The position numbers and the translations under genes were made by a program. A stretch of 64,000 bases of DNA. It comes from an uncultured Actinomycetota bacterium (GTDB lineage Bacteria > Actinomycetota > Actinomycetes > JAHEKZ01). The DNA lies in assembly GCA_963829525.1 (NCBI GenBank), contig CAWHIJ010000003.1, forward strand, positions 928,001-992,000, in the 5' to 3' direction. Below the pieces are notes generated by a model. That model saw only the letters and a program-made list of their open reading frames with translations. It was not told where the DNA came from and made no database searches. Below, one piece after another: positions 20,301 to 29,326 of the stretch. Position 1 is the first letter of the stretch, and every line of letters begins with the position of its first letter.

Positions 20301-20505
20301 GTCAGGCACCCATGACCCAGCCCCAAAGGTGCAGCGTCAGGGCGCGACAGAAGAGGCGGACCAGGCGCTCGACGAGGCGCTCGACCACGCGGTGTCCACC
20401 ATCACCTCAGGTGAGTACCCGGCCACACCAGGGCCGGCCTGCTCGTACTGCCCCTTCACATTGACCTGTCCCGCACAGCCCGCCGGGCGTGAGGTCATTC
20501 CATGA
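17353..20505 (+). CDS. adnA: ATP-dependent helicase/nuclease subunit AdnA
   Basis: AGPGTGKT, DEYQD, GDPDQ, SKGLEW; C-terminal PD-(D/E)xK (GRLDR...DLK) with Cys cluster CP...CSYC...CP. Confidence 0.88.
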   Translation: MSSSPLVLDAHQRAVVEHLATAGHGPTLVLAGPGTGKTTTLVEAIAARVEAGTDPARILTLTFSRRAAEELRTRIARRLQRTVAAPLAWTFHGFGFSLMGELLVPDDLGRRVRLLSGPEQEVVVRELLAHDREVGTVAWPETLEAALHTRGFTEQVRTFLASARSVGLEADDIAQFADGRPDWAALSQFMVEYLDVLDSRGLLDYSELVARAVAYAESPDGRAALRARYDLVVVDEYQDTDPAQERLLRAIGGDGRDLVVVGDPDQAIYAFRGADVRGITQFAQRFPSGRAEPGTIMTLRTSRRCATHVLTASRRVAALLGAAGSLPVSALREHRSLESPAGHPAGQIEVRLFPTVEREAAAIAEILRREHLHRGTPWQQMSVLVRSGLTDIPVLARALDAAGVPVEVAADELPLRDHPELAPLLSILRYAAHPESLTPDQAAALLLTPLVGASPSEMRRLGRALREAHRQRVDVDPPSSSELILDAVRDPGLLAELPDALTGRARVLAQILATVRRGAAAGQSAHDLLWSVWAGSSWEERLTVAAHGAGPQSVAANRALDALVILFDLASRSNERSPQGDLATFIAEIDAQEIPAAPLADAGVEGFGVRVMTAHRSKGLEWEVVVVAGVQADVWPDLRRRGSLLDPDLLGPDGVREPMTLSEARREERRLFYVAITRARRRLVCTAVEAPTDEGLRPSPFLDDLEVEPQHDRAGVQHPLTLAGVIADLRAVASDPGASLPLRSAATARLAQLAAVGAPESPLAPKAHPREWWGRRTSSDAGRDNSSSALDRALFLSGSQVEALVQCPLQWYLSRRVNAESGRGTAAGFGGVVHALADAVARGQLPAELDALTVALDDVWGQLQYPAAWESDQEHAQAVAAIDRFLLWHNGSRNRTVVSTEEKFAVSFSVAGNELHLSGRLDRLERDDDGYLVVVDLKTMAHPPSKREVATNLQLATYRRLVTGAGSLTEPVAAAELVQLRIPSGTHDPAPKVQRQGATEEADQALDEALDHAVSTITSGEYPATPGPACSYCPFTLTCPAQPAGREVIP

Positions 20506-23500
20506 GCCGGCCAACCACGGGACTGACCCGGAAAGGGATCTGCGACCTCTTCGGCATTCCGTTCACCGATGAGCAGCTTGACGCGATCACCGCACCGCAT
20601 GCGCCGGCAGTCGTCATCGCCGGGGCCGGGTCAGGCAAGACCGCGCTGATGAGTGCCAGGGTGGTCTGGCTGGTCTCACACGGTGACGTGACCCCTGACC
20701 AGGTTCTCGGGCTGACCTTCACCAACAAGGCGGCTGCTGAGCTCACAGCGCGGGTCCGCAGGGCACTCCGACTCCTGGAGGGCCCGGACGGCCCATCGGT
20801 TGAGGGCGAGCCGACGGTCAGCACCTACCACGCCTATGCAGCTGCGCTGCTGCGCGAGTACGGGTTGTGGGCCGGTTACGAGCCGGCCGCTCAGCTGCTG
20901 AACGACGCCCAGCGCATCCAGCTGGCCGAGAATGTGGTGCGCCGTGCCCCCGGGCCGTTCCCTGCGCTCGGACTTCGACTCACCGCACTCACCGAGTGCG
21001 TGCTGACCCTCGATGGCGAGCTGAACGAGCACCTGGTCGACGTCGCAAAGCTCATGGCGGACGACACGGCACTGATCGAAGAGCTTGACGCCGTCGAAGC
21101 TCGGGATGGCAAACTTACGGCCGCCCCGGCGAAGGCCCGTGCAACGGCGCAGGCTCGGCTCGAGCTCGCTCCGCTGGTAGCGGAGTTTCGCCGCGTGAAG
21201 GCCCAGCGTGAGCGGGTCGACTTCGGCGACCAGATGGCTTCTGCTGCCATCCTTGCCGAGACGGTGAGCGAGGTGGCCCGTGGTGAACGTATGCGTTTCG
21301 CCACGGTGCTACTCGACGAGTACCAAGACACTTCAATGGCGCAACAGCGTCTCTTGGTGGCGCTCTTTGGCGCGGGACACCCGGTGATGGCCGTAGGTGA
21401 CCCTTTCCAGTCGATCTACGGCTGGCGCGGTGCATCGGTGCGCAACATCTTGACCTTCGACCGCGACTTCGGTGATCCCGAGCCAGCCCCAATCTACGCA
21501 CTCGGTCAGAACAATCGTTCGGGCAGCGCGATCTTGACAGCAGCCAATGCGGTGGCTGAGCCACTGCGTGGTCAGTTCCCCGAGGTGGCTGAGCTTCGCC
21601 CCCAACCGGCGAAGGCTGACACGGGTGAAGTCACGATCGGGCTCTACCGTACGGCTGCCGAAGAGATTGACGTCATCTGCGACGCGGTCGCGGCAGAGGT
21701 TGCGCGAGGGCCGTCCGGCGTCTGACATCGCGATCTTGTGCCGCGAGTCGAAGGTCTTCCCTGCTGTTGTCGCGGGCTTGAGCGAGCGGGGAGTCCCGGT
21801 CGATGTCGTCGGCCTCACTGGGCTGCTCGAGCTGCCCGAGGTCGTCGAGGTGGTCTGCACTCTCGAAGTGCTCTATGACCCGACAGCCAACCCGAGCCTG
21901 GTTCGGTTGCTGAGCGGCCCGCGCTGGCGGATCGGGCCGGCCGACCTCGCGCAGCTCGGTGCTCGAGCCCGCGAACTCGCGGCGTCCCCACATACGGGGC
22001 CACGCGGCGACGCCAAGCCGGTGCGCGAGGAGACGGTGGCTGCCCAGCTCCGTGAGGCAGTAGCCGGGATCGACCCGGCTGAGTCAGTCTCACTGATCGA
22101 GGCATTGGAGGACGCCGGTCCTGGGCCCTTCTCAACAGCTGCTCGGGAACGCTTCGCCGGCCTGGCCGAAGAACTTCGACAGCTTCGAGCCGTGCTTCAC
22201 CAACCGCCTGACGTTGCGATCGCGCGAGTAATTGCGGTGACCGGGCTCGACATCGAGCTGGCCACCCACGGTGTGGCTGCCGATCATCTCGACGCCCTGC
22301 TCGAGCAAGCCCGTGGCTTCACCGCATCAGGAGGAGGCGCGGGCGTCGGCGCCTTCTTGTCGTATCTCGCCATTGCCCGGCGCTACGGCTCGTCGCTGCC
22401 TGTCCCGGCACCGAGCGGAGGTGACGGTGTCTCGCTTATCACCGTGCACAAGGCAAAGGGCTTGGAGTGGCACAGCGTGTACGTCCCACAGGTTGTCGAT
22501 GGTGTCTTTCCCAGCGGACAGTCGCGCAGCACACCGCTGACCTCTCCGGCGTTGCTGCCTTATCGTTTGCGCGGCGATGCCGCTGACTTCCCCGTCGTGG
22601 CTACGTGGACGGGCAACGCCGGCGTCGCTGCCTTCAAGGCTGAGGTTGCTGAGCGTGAGCGTGGTGAAGACAGACGCCTGGCCTACGTGGCTATGACCAG
22701 GGCGGCCGAGCGTCTTGTGGTCACCGGACACCGGTGGGGCCCCACGCAGAAGACGCCTCGCGCCATCAGTGCATACCTGCAAGCGCTGGCCGATGTGTGT
22801 GAGGCCGGTGTGGGCACAGTCCTGCACTGGGAGTCCGAACTGATCGATGCGGGCAACCCTGCGCTCGTTGAGTCGATCGCAGTGCCCTGGCCACCGGTGG
22901 GCGATCCCGTGGTGGCTGCTTCGCGCGAGGCGGCAGCGCTCGAGGTGTTGCACGTGATGCAGGCGCCGAGAGAGGACGAAGAACTCGACGCCGACGACTC
23001 CGAGCGAGTGGCCTCCTGGGACGCCGACATCGCTGCACTCGTCGCGGAGGCGGAGCATCACAGCATCCAGGAGGTCGAGCTGCCATCATTGCTTTCGGCG
23101 TCATGGGCCGTTCAACTGCTTCGGGAGCCCGCGGCTGCCGCTCGTCGGCTCCACCGACCCATGCCACGGCCGCCGGCGGCTGCCGCCCGACGTGGGACGC
23201 GCTTCCACGAATGGGTCGAGGCCCGCTTCGGGCAGGTTCCCCTCATTGACCTCGATGGTCTCCTTCCCGAAGGTGAAGCCGCGCAGAATGACGACCTCAA
23301 GTCGCTGCAGGAGGCCTTCCTTGCCGGGCCATATGCCGATCGCGAGCCGGTGGCGGTCGAAGCGCCCTTCCAGCTGGTACTGGGCGCCCAGATCCTCGTG
23401 GGACGGATCGATGCGGTGTACGTAGCCGACCCGAACGATCCCGCACTGCCTTCAGGTACCCGGTATGAGGTGGTTGACTGGAAGACGGGGCAGAACGCCG

Positions 23501-23673
23501 CAGATCCCCTCCAGCTTGCCCTGTACCGAATCGCGTGGGCCGAGCTGCACCAGGTCCCGATCGATCAGGTGGCGGCCACCTTCTACTACGTCTCCTCCGG
23601 GCGAATCGAGCGCCCCGCCGAACTGCCGGATCGCGAGGCGATTGACAAGTGGTGGAGCACGTCGACCGCCTAG
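20502..23673 (+). pseudogene. adnB: ATP-dependent helicase/nuclease subunit AdnB, split by a +1 frameshift near 21708-21710 (real or sequencing error)
   Basis: Frame 20502-21725 has AGAGSGKT and DEYQD; frame 21547-23673 continues with DIAILCR, HKAKGLEW, GRIDAV, VDWKTG. Confidence 0.8.
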
Positions 23674-23684
23674 GCTCAGCAACT

Positions 23685-24602
23685 GTGACGAGCCTGGAGC
23701 GGAGGATGGCCTTCGCTGGCGCTGCTCACGATCGCGCAGTCGAGTCCCGCCGTGACGAAGCGTTGCTGAACCGAATGTGGGCGCATTCGCAGACTCGGAC
23801 GCTGGTCGTTGCCGGCGGGGAGGTGCAGGTCGACCCGGTCACCGACGCCCCGATCTGGTGGCCCACTGATCAAGCACCAACCGGTGACAGATACCTGCTC
23901 GGCGTGGACACGGCCGACCGCGTTCGATTCGCTGTTCACGTCCCCGTCGGTGTGGCGGTGGAGAAGACCAAGGGCCTTCGCGAGCTGGCGGCCACAGCCG
24001 GTACCGCCGAGTCAGGATGGCTCTGCCATGCAGTTGCCCTGGCACAGTGGCACGCCACTCACACGTACTGCTCCCGCTGTGGTGGACCGACGGAGGTGAG
24101 TGCAGCTGGGGCCGAACGGCATTGCCCGGCCGACGGCTCCTCACACTTTCCCCGAGTTGACCCCGCGGTCATCGTCTTGGTCACCGACGCCGAGGGCCGT
24201 GCGCTGCTGGGACGGCAGCACGCATGGCCAGTGGGGCGATTCTCGACGTTGGCTGGCTTCGTCGAGCCGGGGGAGACCGCTGAGCAGGCGGTCCGGCGTG
24301 AGGTGGCCGAGGAAGCTGCAGTCCTTGTCGAGGACGTCCACCTGTTGGCGACCCAGCCGTGGCCCTTTCCGTCATCGCTGATGATTGCTGCCACCGCGGT
24401 GACAGAAGGATCGCCCGAACCTCGCCCTGACGGCGTCGAGCTCGCCGAGGTGCGCTGGTTCTCGCGGCAGGATCTCGCCCAGTCGGTGGCCGCTGGCGAG
24501 GTAGCTGTCCCAGGACTGATCTCGATCTCTCGGTGGCTGATCAACCGGTGGTACGGCGCCGACCTGCCCGATGAAGGCGCTGGTTGGCGCTCGGGCGGCT
24601 GA
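23685..24602 (+). CDS. nudC: NADH pyrophosphatase NudC
   Basis: CSRCG Zn site, FPRVDPAVI, Nudix box GFVEPGETAEQAVRREVAEE, QPWPFP. Confidence 0.92.
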   Translation: MTSLERRMAFAGAAHDRAVESRRDEALLNRMWAHSQTRTLVVAGGEVQVDPVTDAPIWWPTDQAPTGDRYLLGVDTADRVRFAVHVPVGVAVEKTKGLRELAATAGTAESGWLCHAVALAQWHATHTYCSRCGGPTEVSAAGAERHCPADGSSHFPRVDPAVIVLVTDAEGRALLGRQHAWPVGRFSTLAGFVEPGETAEQAVRREVAEEAAVLVEDVHLLATQPWPFPSSLMIAATAVTEGSPEPRPDGVELAEVRWFSRQDLAQSVAAGEVAVPGLISISRWLINRWYGADLPDEGAGWRSGG

Positions 24603-24611
24603 GCCTCGGGG

Positions 24612-24881
24612 CTACGAAGTCGGCAGACCCAAACGCTCGGCAACGGCGTCCACCGACGGGTTCGACAGTGCCGATCCGTCTGGGAAGCGGACGGTCGGGA
24701 CCATCTGGTCGCCGCCATTGACGCTCACCACCCATTCGGCGGCCGCGGAGTCTTGTTCGACGTCGATCTCGTTGAAGGAGATGCCCCGATCGGTGAGGCG
24801 GCTCTTCAGCCGAGCACAGGGGCCACACCATGAGGCGGTGTAGACGATCAGCTGAGCCCGCCCAGGTGCCGTGTCAGTCAT
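24612..24881 (-). CDS. mrx1: Mycoredoxin-1 / glutaredoxin-like protein
   Basis: YTASWCGPC, VNGGDQMVPTV, LSNPS; conserved position between nudC and uvrD2. Confidence 0.8.
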   Translation of the reverse strand: MTDTAPGRAQLIVYTASWCGPCARLKSRLTDRGISFNEIDVEQDSAAAEWVVSVNGGDQMVPTVRFPDGSALSNPSVDAVAERLGLPTS

Positions 24882-24899
24882 AGATGTCAGGATGCCCGA

Positions 24900-26996
24900 A
24901 TGACCACCGCTTCGCTCGCCGACATCCTCGGCGCGCTCGATCCTGAGCAGCACGCGGTGGCCACTACACCCAGGGGTCCGGTCTGTGTGCTTGCCGGCGC
25001 CGGCACGGGTAAGACCCGGGCACTCACCCACCGGATCGCGGCGCTTGTCGTCAGCGACCAGGTGGATCCTCGCGAGGTGCTGGCCCTCACCTTTACCGCC
25101 AGGGCGGCGGGAGAGCTTCGCGGACGACTTCGCACACTCGGTGTCGATGGCGTCCAAGCGCGCACTTTCCACGCCGCCGCGCTCCGGCAGTTGCGCTACT
25201 TCTGGCCATCAGTCGTCGGCGGAGCCCCACCCAACGTGCTCCCCGCGAAAGCACCTCTGATCAGCGAGGCTGCCGCTCGCCTCCGGGTCCGCGCCGACGG
25301 CACGGTGATCCGCGACATCGCTGCCGAGATCGAGTGGGCCAAGGTTTCACAGATCACACCCGAGGACTATCCCTCGCGCAGCCGCGCGGCAGCCCGCGGT
25401 GGAGTCAGCGATCTCGACGCCGAGGTTGTGGCGCGTGTGTACGCCGGGTACGAGACGGTCAAGCGCGACCGCGGTTTCATCGACTTCGAAGATGTTCTGC
25501 TGCTGGCCGCAGGAATGATTGAAGACGACTCGGCCATGGCGGCGGCTGTGCGCGAGCAGTACCGGTGTCTGCTCGTCGACGAGTACCAAGACGTCAGCCC
25601 CATCCAGCAACGCCTGCTCGACCTTTGGCTCGCCGACCGTGACGACCTCACAGTCGTCGGCGATGCGAACCAGACCATCTACTCGTTCGCAGGTGCTTCC
25701 CCCAGCTATCTTCTGGGCTTCCGCAAGCGGTTCCCCGCATCAGCTGTGATTCGCCTCGAGCGCAGCTACCGGTCGACACCCCAGGTGGTCGCCACCGCCA
25801 ACCGGCTGCTTGCCACGTCACCAGCTGCCGAACCAGAGGCCCGTGTCGTGCTGAAGGCGCTGCGGCCGAGCGGCCCAGAGCCTCAGTGGCTGGTGGCAGC
25901 AGACGAAGCCGCCGAGGTTGCTGCCGTGGTGCAGCACATCAGGTCCTTGATCGATGCTGGTGTCGAACAGCGAGAGGTCGCGATCCTTTACCGGATCAAT
26001 GCCCAGAGTGCGGCATACGAAGAGGCGTTGACCGAGGCGAACTTGCCGTACACGGTCCGTGGGGGCGAGCGTTTCTTTGACCGCAAGGAAGTGCGTGAGG
26101 CGGTTGCCTTGCTGCGCGGCGCGGCACACGCCGATGGCACCACCACGCCGGGTGGGCTCGCCGATCAGGTCGGGGTGGTCCTGGGTTCAGCTGGCTACCG
26201 TCCCGCTCCGCCGCCTGGCCCGAGCAAGGCACGCGACCGCTGGGAGTCGTGGGCGGCCATCGTCGAGGTAGCCCGCCAGATTCAGCTGCGTGCCGAGGAC
26301 GCCAACCTCGGCGATCTCGTCGAAGAGCTGCAGCACCGGGCGAACACCCAACACGCGCCGGCCAGTGACGGAGTCACGTTGTCCTCGCTGCATGCGGCGA
26401 AAGGCCTTGAGTGGGATGCGGTCTTCTTGGTTGGGCTCACCGAGGGAATGATGCCGATCACCTACGCCACCACGCCCGAGCAAGTGGCCGAAGAACGCCG
26501 CCTCCTCTACGTCGGCATCACCAGGGCGCGCAGGCACCTCGCCTTCTCCTACGGGCGAAGCAGATCTCCTGGCGACCGCCGCACCAGGTCACCATCGCCG
26601 TTCCTGGCCACCCTCGACCCTCGGTTCGCGCCGGATGAGGCTCGCCCTGCAGCTCGCTCATCACGGTCGGCCCGCTCGGCGTCCTGTCGCGGGTGTGGCC
26701 GGGCTTTGACGACGGCCGCTGAGCGCAAGCTGCGGCACTGCTCGCACTGCGAGGTGCACGTTGATCTGGTCCTCTTCGAACGGCTTCGCGAGTGGCGTAA
26801 ACAGACGGCTGAGGCGGCCTCGGTGCCGGCGTTCGTCGTGTTCACCGACGCCACACTGACCGCGATCGCCGCTGATCGTCCGACGACAGCGACCGCGCTG
26901 CTGCAGATCCCTGGGATCGGTCAGGTGAAGGTTGACCGCTACGGAGACGCCCTCCTCAGCGTCGTCCAGTCATCTCCGGACGACTCGCCGGAATAA
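24900..26996 (+). CDS. uvrD2: ATP-dependent DNA helicase UvrD2 with HRDC domain
   Basis: AGAGTGKT, DEYQD, HAAKGLEW, tetracysteine CRGC..CSHC, HRDC PAFVVFTDATL. Confidence 0.92.
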   Translation: MTTASLADILGALDPEQHAVATTPRGPVCVLAGAGTGKTRALTHRIAALVVSDQVDPREVLALTFTARAAGELRGRLRTLGVDGVQARTFHAAALRQLRYFWPSVVGGAPPNVLPAKAPLISEAAARLRVRADGTVIRDIAAEIEWAKVSQITPEDYPSRSRAAARGGVSDLDAEVVARVYAGYETVKRDRGFIDFEDVLLLAAGMIEDDSAMAAAVREQYRCLLVDEYQDVSPIQQRLLDLWLADRDDLTVVGDANQTIYSFAGASPSYLLGFRKRFPASAVIRLERSYRSTPQVVATANRLLATSPAAEPEARVVLKALRPSGPEPQWLVAADEAAEVAAVVQHIRSLIDAGVEQREVAILYRINAQSAAYEEALTEANLPYTVRGGERFFDRKEVREAVALLRGAAHADGTTTPGGLADQVGVVLGSAGYRPAPPPGPSKARDRWESWAAIVEVARQIQLRAEDANLGDLVEELQHRANTQHAPASDGVTLSSLHAAKGLEWDAVFLVGLTEGMMPITYATTPEQVAEERRLLYVGITRARRHLAFSYGRSRSPGDRRTRSPSPFLATLDPRFAPDEARPAARSSRSARSASCRGCGRALTTAAERKLRHCSHCEVHVDLVLFERLREWRKQTAEAASVPAFVVFTDATLTAIAADRPTTATALLQIPGIGQVKVDRYGDALLSVVQSSPDDSPE

Positions 26997-27031
26997 ATCA
27001 CTTGCCTGACGTGCTAGTGGTCTCGTAACCT
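26992..27031 (+). promoter_or_regulatory. whiB7 promoter: AT-rich WhiB7 site, -35 TTGCCT, -10 TAACCT
   Basis: AATAAATCAC directly precedes TTGCCT (27002-27007); 18-bp spacer; TAACCT at 27026-27031. Confidence 0.7.
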
Positions 27032-27107
27032 TCCCGAGACGCCGACGCGACGTCCGACCACAGATCGAGTGGTCGCGCCCGGCCCGTGAGAGAGGAGGTG
27101 GCTAGCA

Positions 27108-27239
27108 ATGTTCTACGACAAGACGCGCTGTGACGTGTCGCCGTCGGCTGCGGCCACCTTCGTGTCCGCGGCTGACGTGCGCGCGCAGGGCGCAGCTGGC
27201 GTCTTCGATGGTTCTTCCGCCTGGAGTCCACCTCAGTAG
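27108..27239 (+). CDS. whiB7 leader peptide (uORF, 43 aa: MFYDKTRCDVSPSAAATFVSAADVRAQGAAGVFDGSSAWSPPQ)
   Basis: AGGAGG RBS at 27093-27098, ATG 27108, TAG 27237-27239; lies just before the attenuator. Confidence 0.72.
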   Translation: MFYDKTRCDVSPSAAATFVSAADVRAQGAAGVFDGSSAWSPPQ

Positions 27240-27260
27240 AAATCAACTGGGATCACTCCA

Positions 27261-27303
27261 GGCCACGGAACCGAAGACCTCGGATTCGTGGCCCTTTTCT
27301 TTG
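27261..27303 (+). terminator. Intrinsic terminator (attenuator) in the whiB7 leader
   Basis: GGCCACGGAACCGA-AGACC-TCGGATTCGTGGCC followed by CTTTTCTTTG. Confidence 0.8.
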
Positions 27304-27373
27304 TCCAAAACCGGTACAGCGTCTGCCCAACGGCAGAGCAAATGCCCCACACCACAACAGGAGGTGACCCGCA

Positions 27374-27700
27374 ATGACTGTCATGCCGACGATCTCGGAC
27401 CTTCTCGACGCGGGGACTCCGGGCACAGTCCTTCCTGCTCACGAGCAGTGGGCCGCCGACTCGCGGTGGTCCATTCCGTGCCACGAGGAGGACCCGGAGC
27501 TCTGGTTCGCCGACACACCCACTGGAGTCGAGACTGCCAAGGCTCTGTGCCGCGGATGTCCCCTGCAGAGGGAGTGTCTGGCCGGTGCCACGAAGCGGTC
27601 GGAGCCCTGGGGAGTCTGGGGCGGCGAGCTCTTCGAGCACGGTGTCGTGGTCCCGCGCAAGCGTCCGCGTGGCCGCCCGCGCAAATCCGAGGTCGCCTGA
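27374..27700 (+). CDS. whiB7: WhiB7/WblC transcriptional activator
   Basis: Four Cys, GVWGG turn, C-terminal AT-hook RPRGRPRK; position after uvrD2. Confidence 0.93.
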   Translation: MTVMPTISDLLDAGTPGTVLPAHEQWAADSRWSIPCHEEDPELWFADTPTGVETAKALCRGCPLQRECLAGATKRSEPWGVWGGELFEHGVVVPRKRPRGRPRKSEVA

Positions 27701-27746
27701 TTGACGACCTCGTTCCCATCGAACTCAACTTCAGGGAGTACCCATC

Positions 27747-27929
27747 ATGTTCTTACAAGAAGATCTCGCTCGGGCTCGACATGAGCATGAGCTTCGCGAC
27801 AGCGAACAGCTGATCCGCATTCGCCGTCTCGCGGTGGCTCGCCGCGCGCGCCGCCGCGCTGAGCGCACCGCATGTGTGGCCAGGGAGGCGGCACTGCAGG
27901 CATCACTGGCTCACGCGAGCCTGATGTGA
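27747..27929 (+). CDS. Small Arg-rich hypothetical protein downstream of whiB7
   Basis: GGGAG RBS; MFLQEDLARARH...RRARRRAER; followed by a terminator. Confidence 0.65.
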   Translation: MFLQEDLARARHEHELRDSEQLIRIRRLAVARRARRRAERTACVAREAALQASLAHASLM

Positions 27930-27949
27930 GCGGGCGTGTGGCCCCAGCC

Positions 27950-27985
27950 GAAGGGGAGGAACACCGAACGGTGCTCCTCCCCTTC
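27950..27985. terminator. Hairpin terminator between convergent genes
   Basis: GAAGGGGAGGAACACC-GAAC-GGTGCTCCTCCCCTTC. Confidence 0.7.
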
Positions 27986-28015
27986 TCGCATGTGTCGGCC
28001 CCATCGAGCCCGCGA

Positions 28016-29326
28016 CTAGGTTCGGTCAGCGAACCCTGGCAGCAGTCGTTCGCACTCTGCGCGAAACGGTGCGGTGCTGCCGAGCTGACACAGCACCCCC
28101 ATGACTCCGAGCGTGACGCGGTGGATGAGGAGGTAGGACGGCGGCAGGTTGAGTTTCATTCCCGTTGTGGCTTTGCGGAGATCGGCCAGACGAAGCGCCT
28201 CGCTCCGTAGCCACGCGCGTTCGAAGGAGAACTCTTCATGGCGCAGGGGCTCAAGCAGTGGGACGAGATAGCTCAGCAGTTCGTCAGCATCGATGGTGAC
28301 TGAGTCGCGCACGAAACCTTCGCGACGTAGTCCGTCCAGGACACCGTCGGCATCTCCGTCGATGGCGCGACGCGCAAGAACGCCGATAGAACGTGGAAGC
28401 CCGCGAGGGAGTCGGTCAACAGCGCCGAAGTCAAGAATGGCGAGACGCCCGTCATCGAGCAGCCGGAAGTTCCCAGGGTGTGGGTCGGCATGAAGAAGGT
28501 GTGCGCGTGCCGGGCCGGTGAAGAGGAGCCGAGCAAGCAGCAGTCCCGCGCGGTCGCGTTCAGGCTGCGCACCTGACTCGATGATCTGGCGAACGGGGGT
28601 TCCGTCGACCCACTCGGTTACTAGAACTTCATCGGAGGCGAACACGACCTCGGGAACCATAAAGTCCTCGTCATCGCCGAAGGCCTTCCGAAAGGCTCGC
28701 TGAGAGCGAGCCTCGCGTCGGTAGTCGAGCTCCTCGTGCATTCTCCGCTGCAGTTCGTCGACGAGCGGCGCCATGTCCATTCCCGGCGAGAGCGGACCCA
28801 TCATCCGCATCATCCGGCCAATCTGCGCGAGGTCGGACCGAAGCGCGGGGCCAGCACCTGGGTACTGGATCTTGACCGCGACGGGGCGGCCGTCGCGCCA
28901 CACGCCTCGGTGGACCTGACCGATCGACGCCGCAGCCGCGTGGGTGTCGTCGAACTCCAGGAACCGTGCGCGCCAGCGCGGGCCGATCTGCGCGGCCAGG
29001 ACCGTGTGAACGCGGTCAGGTGGGAGTGCCGGTGCGGCGTCCTGCAGCTTGGCCAAGGAAGCGCGGTAAGGGGCAGCCAGCTCCTCAGGGATTGCCGCCT
29101 CGAAAACCGACATCGCCTGGCCCACTTTCATCGCACCGCCCTTCAGTTCACCGAGGACTCGGAACATGTGCTCAGCGGTGCGTAGCTGAACCTCTGCGGC
29201 GACGGCTTCGGCAGGCTTGCCCCCGACACGCTTCCCCACCCCGAGGGCAGTTCGTCCCGCGAATCCCAGAGGGAGCGCGGCAAGCTTGGCGCTGCGGGTC
29301 ACCGCGCGGCGGGGAAGGTCGGTCAT
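28016..29326 (-). CDS. ABC1/AarF/UbiB family atypical kinase (Rv3197-like)
   Basis: LKGGAMKVGQ, AAASIGQVH, VAVKIQYP, HADPHPGN, DFG. Confidence 0.9.
   Translation of the reverse strand: MTDLPRRAVTRSAKLAALPLGFAGRTALGVGKRVGGKPAEAVAAEVQLRTAEHMFRVLGELKGGAMKVGQAMSVFEAAIPEELAAPYRASLAKLQDAAPALPPDRVHTVLAAQIGPRWRARFLEFDDTHAAAASIGQVHRGVWRDGRPVAVKIQYPGAGPALRSDLAQIGRMMRMMGPLSPGMDMAPLVDELQRRMHEELDYRREARSQRAFRKAFGDDEDFMVPEVVFASDEVLVTEWVDGTPVRQIIESGAQPERDRAGLLLARLLFTGPARAHLLHADPHPGNFRLLDDGRLAILDFGAVDRLPRGLPRSIGVLARRAIDGDADGVLDGLRREGFVRDSVTIDADELLSYLVPLLEPLRHEEFSFERAWLRSEALRLADLRKATTGMKLNLPPSYLLIHRVTLGVMGVLCQLGSTAPFRAECERLLPGFADRT

Noticed and set aside
21690-21730. Programmed ribosomal frameshift in adnB
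   Set aside because: No X XXY YYZ slippery heptamer is visible and orthologues are known as single ORFs; an indel is simpler
17353-26996. Helicase/nuclease cluster as an anti-phage defence island
   Set aside because: adnAB-nudC-mrx1-uvrD2 is a standard actinobacterial DNA-repair locus
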